Shown here in pieces: positions 62,900 through 64,000 of a stretch of 64,000 nt of DNA. The DNA comes from Gammaproteobacteria bacterium. GTDB taxonomy: Bacteria; Pseudomonadota; Gammaproteobacteria; JBCCGL01. Numbering within the stretch: the first letter of the stretch is position 1; each line of letters begins with the position of its first letter. The notes under the pieces were generated by a model that saw only the letters and a program-made list of their open reading frames with translations, searched no databases and was not told the DNA's origin. The translations under genes and the position numbers were made by a program. The stretch spans positions 2,496,001 to 2,560,000 of the forward strand of contig OZ255836.1 in assembly GCA_965277715.1 (NCBI GenBank). The letters are read 5' to 3'.

Positions 62900-62920
62900 A
62901 AAAGAGTGCCGCTCTCTTTT
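62900..62920 (-). terminator. Hairpin immediately after pstS
   Basis: Minus strand AAAAGAG-AGCGGCA-CTCTTTT followed by further T. Confidence 0.45.
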
Positions 62921-63890
62921 ACTGAATAGCCGCCAGCACTTTATTCGCGACTTTAGCAGGCAATGGAATATAGCCATCTTTAACCACCACCTCCTGCCCC
63001 GCTTTTGACATCACCAGTTTAATAAATTCGCGCTCCAGTGGCGGCAGTGGCTCATTCGGTTTTTTGTTGACATAAACATACAAAAACCGCGAGAGAGGAT
63101 AGGTCTTATTCACAGCGTTACCCGCTGTCGCTTCAACGAATTTGCTCTTACCTTTCCTGGCCAGTGGTACAGCGCGCACGCTCGAAGTTTGATAACCGAT
63201 ACCGGAGTAACCGATGCCGTTTAACGATGCAGAGACCGACTGCACCACCGAAGCCGACCCCGGTTGTTCATTGACGTTATTTTTATAATCACCCTTGCAC
63301 AGTGCCTTCTTCTTAAAATAACCATACGTACCCGACACCGAATTGCGACCGTATAACTGAATCCTGCGTTGCTGCCAGTCACCGCTCAAGCCCATATCCC
63401 CCCAGGTATCAATACTGCTTTTGCCACGGCACTTACGGTTTTGCGAAAAAATCGCATCCACCTGCTTGATCGTCATCCCTTCAATCGGATTATCCTTGTG
63501 CACATAGACCGCCAATGCATCGATAGCGACAGGAATCGCCAGGGGTTTATAACCGGTTTTTTTCTCAAACGCCTCGCGCTCTTTATCCTTCATCTTGCGG
63601 CTCATTGGGCCGAAATTAGCCGTTCCCTCAGTCAGTGCTGGCGGTGCCGTGGACGAACCTGCCGCCTGGATCTGTATATTCACATTGGGATAAACCTGCT
63701 TGAACGCCTCTGCCCACAAAGTCACCAGATTAGCCAGCGTATCAGAACCAGCACTGGATAAATTCCCCGAGACACCACTGACCGGTTCATACACCGGCAA
63801 CGCCTCATCGACCGACCCGGCAGACGTACTACCTACTGTGCAAAAAAACAATGCACCAACAAACATTAAAAATACTTTTCTTTTCATCAT
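62919..63890 (-). CDS. pstS: Phosphate ABC transporter substrate-binding protein
   Basis: Signal peptide, [33 protein letters not shown]. Confidence 0.96.
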   Translation of the reverse strand: MMKRKVFLMFVGALFFCTVGSTSAGSVDEALPVYEPVSGVSGNLSSAGSDTLANLVTLWAEAFKQVYPNVNIQIQAAGSSTAPPALTEGTANFGPMSRKMKDKEREAFEKKTGYKPLAIPVAIDALAVYVHKDNPIEGMTIKQVDAIFSQNRKCRGKSSIDTWGDMGLSGDWQQRRIQLYGRNSVSGTYGYFKKKALCKGDYKNNVNEQPGSASVVQSVSASLNGIGYSGIGYQTSSVRAVPLARKGKSKFVEATAGNAVNKTYPLSRFLYVYVNKKPNEPLPPLEREFIKLVMSKAGQEVVVKDGYIPLPAKVANKVLAAIQ

Positions 63891-64000
63891 TTATTTACCT
63901 TACGCATTAATAACCACCACGACTAAGCGCCAAATAGTTTTAAAAATTCCACACACATAACTCATTCATTTTAAGCGTATTAATTTTTTTATTATTTATA

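Overview
Bacterial chromosomal segment, most likely a marine gammaproteobacterium (DddP, TMADH-like and MttB genes, TAXI-TRAP, Pseudomonas-type long PstC/PstA). Core blocks: hslVU, a MocR/DUF1127/EamA module, a late cobalamin cluster (cobU-T-C-S divergent from cobW and a frameshifted chlID chelatase gene) with a coupled SNF2 helicase, mttB-dddP, idh-sucAB-lpdA-sucCD, TAXI-TRAP and pstSCAB-phoU. There are three accessory zones. (i) 17.9-20.5 kb is AT-rich and holds an orphan adenine methyltransferase plus an M23 peptidase. (ii) A ~15.4 kb island at 36.2-51.7 kb is bracketed by a 116-bp direct repeat. It contains XerC-like/SymE relics, an M23 toxin-immunity-like pair, an ISL3 fragment, an array of AT-rich exported-protein genes and two defective IS66 copies. 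The IS66 copies enclose an integrase-less integron fragment whose first cassette is a two-gene TIR (ThsB-like) + SLATT/DUF4231 module, the best candidate for an uncharacterised anti-phage system. (iii) 55.1-57.2 kb is a relic patch with an orphan cas2, a MuF/PBECR-type toxin pseudogene, and IS3 and IS4 remnants. No rRNA, tRNA or CRISPR array was seen. All family calls come from motif recognition by eye, not database searches.
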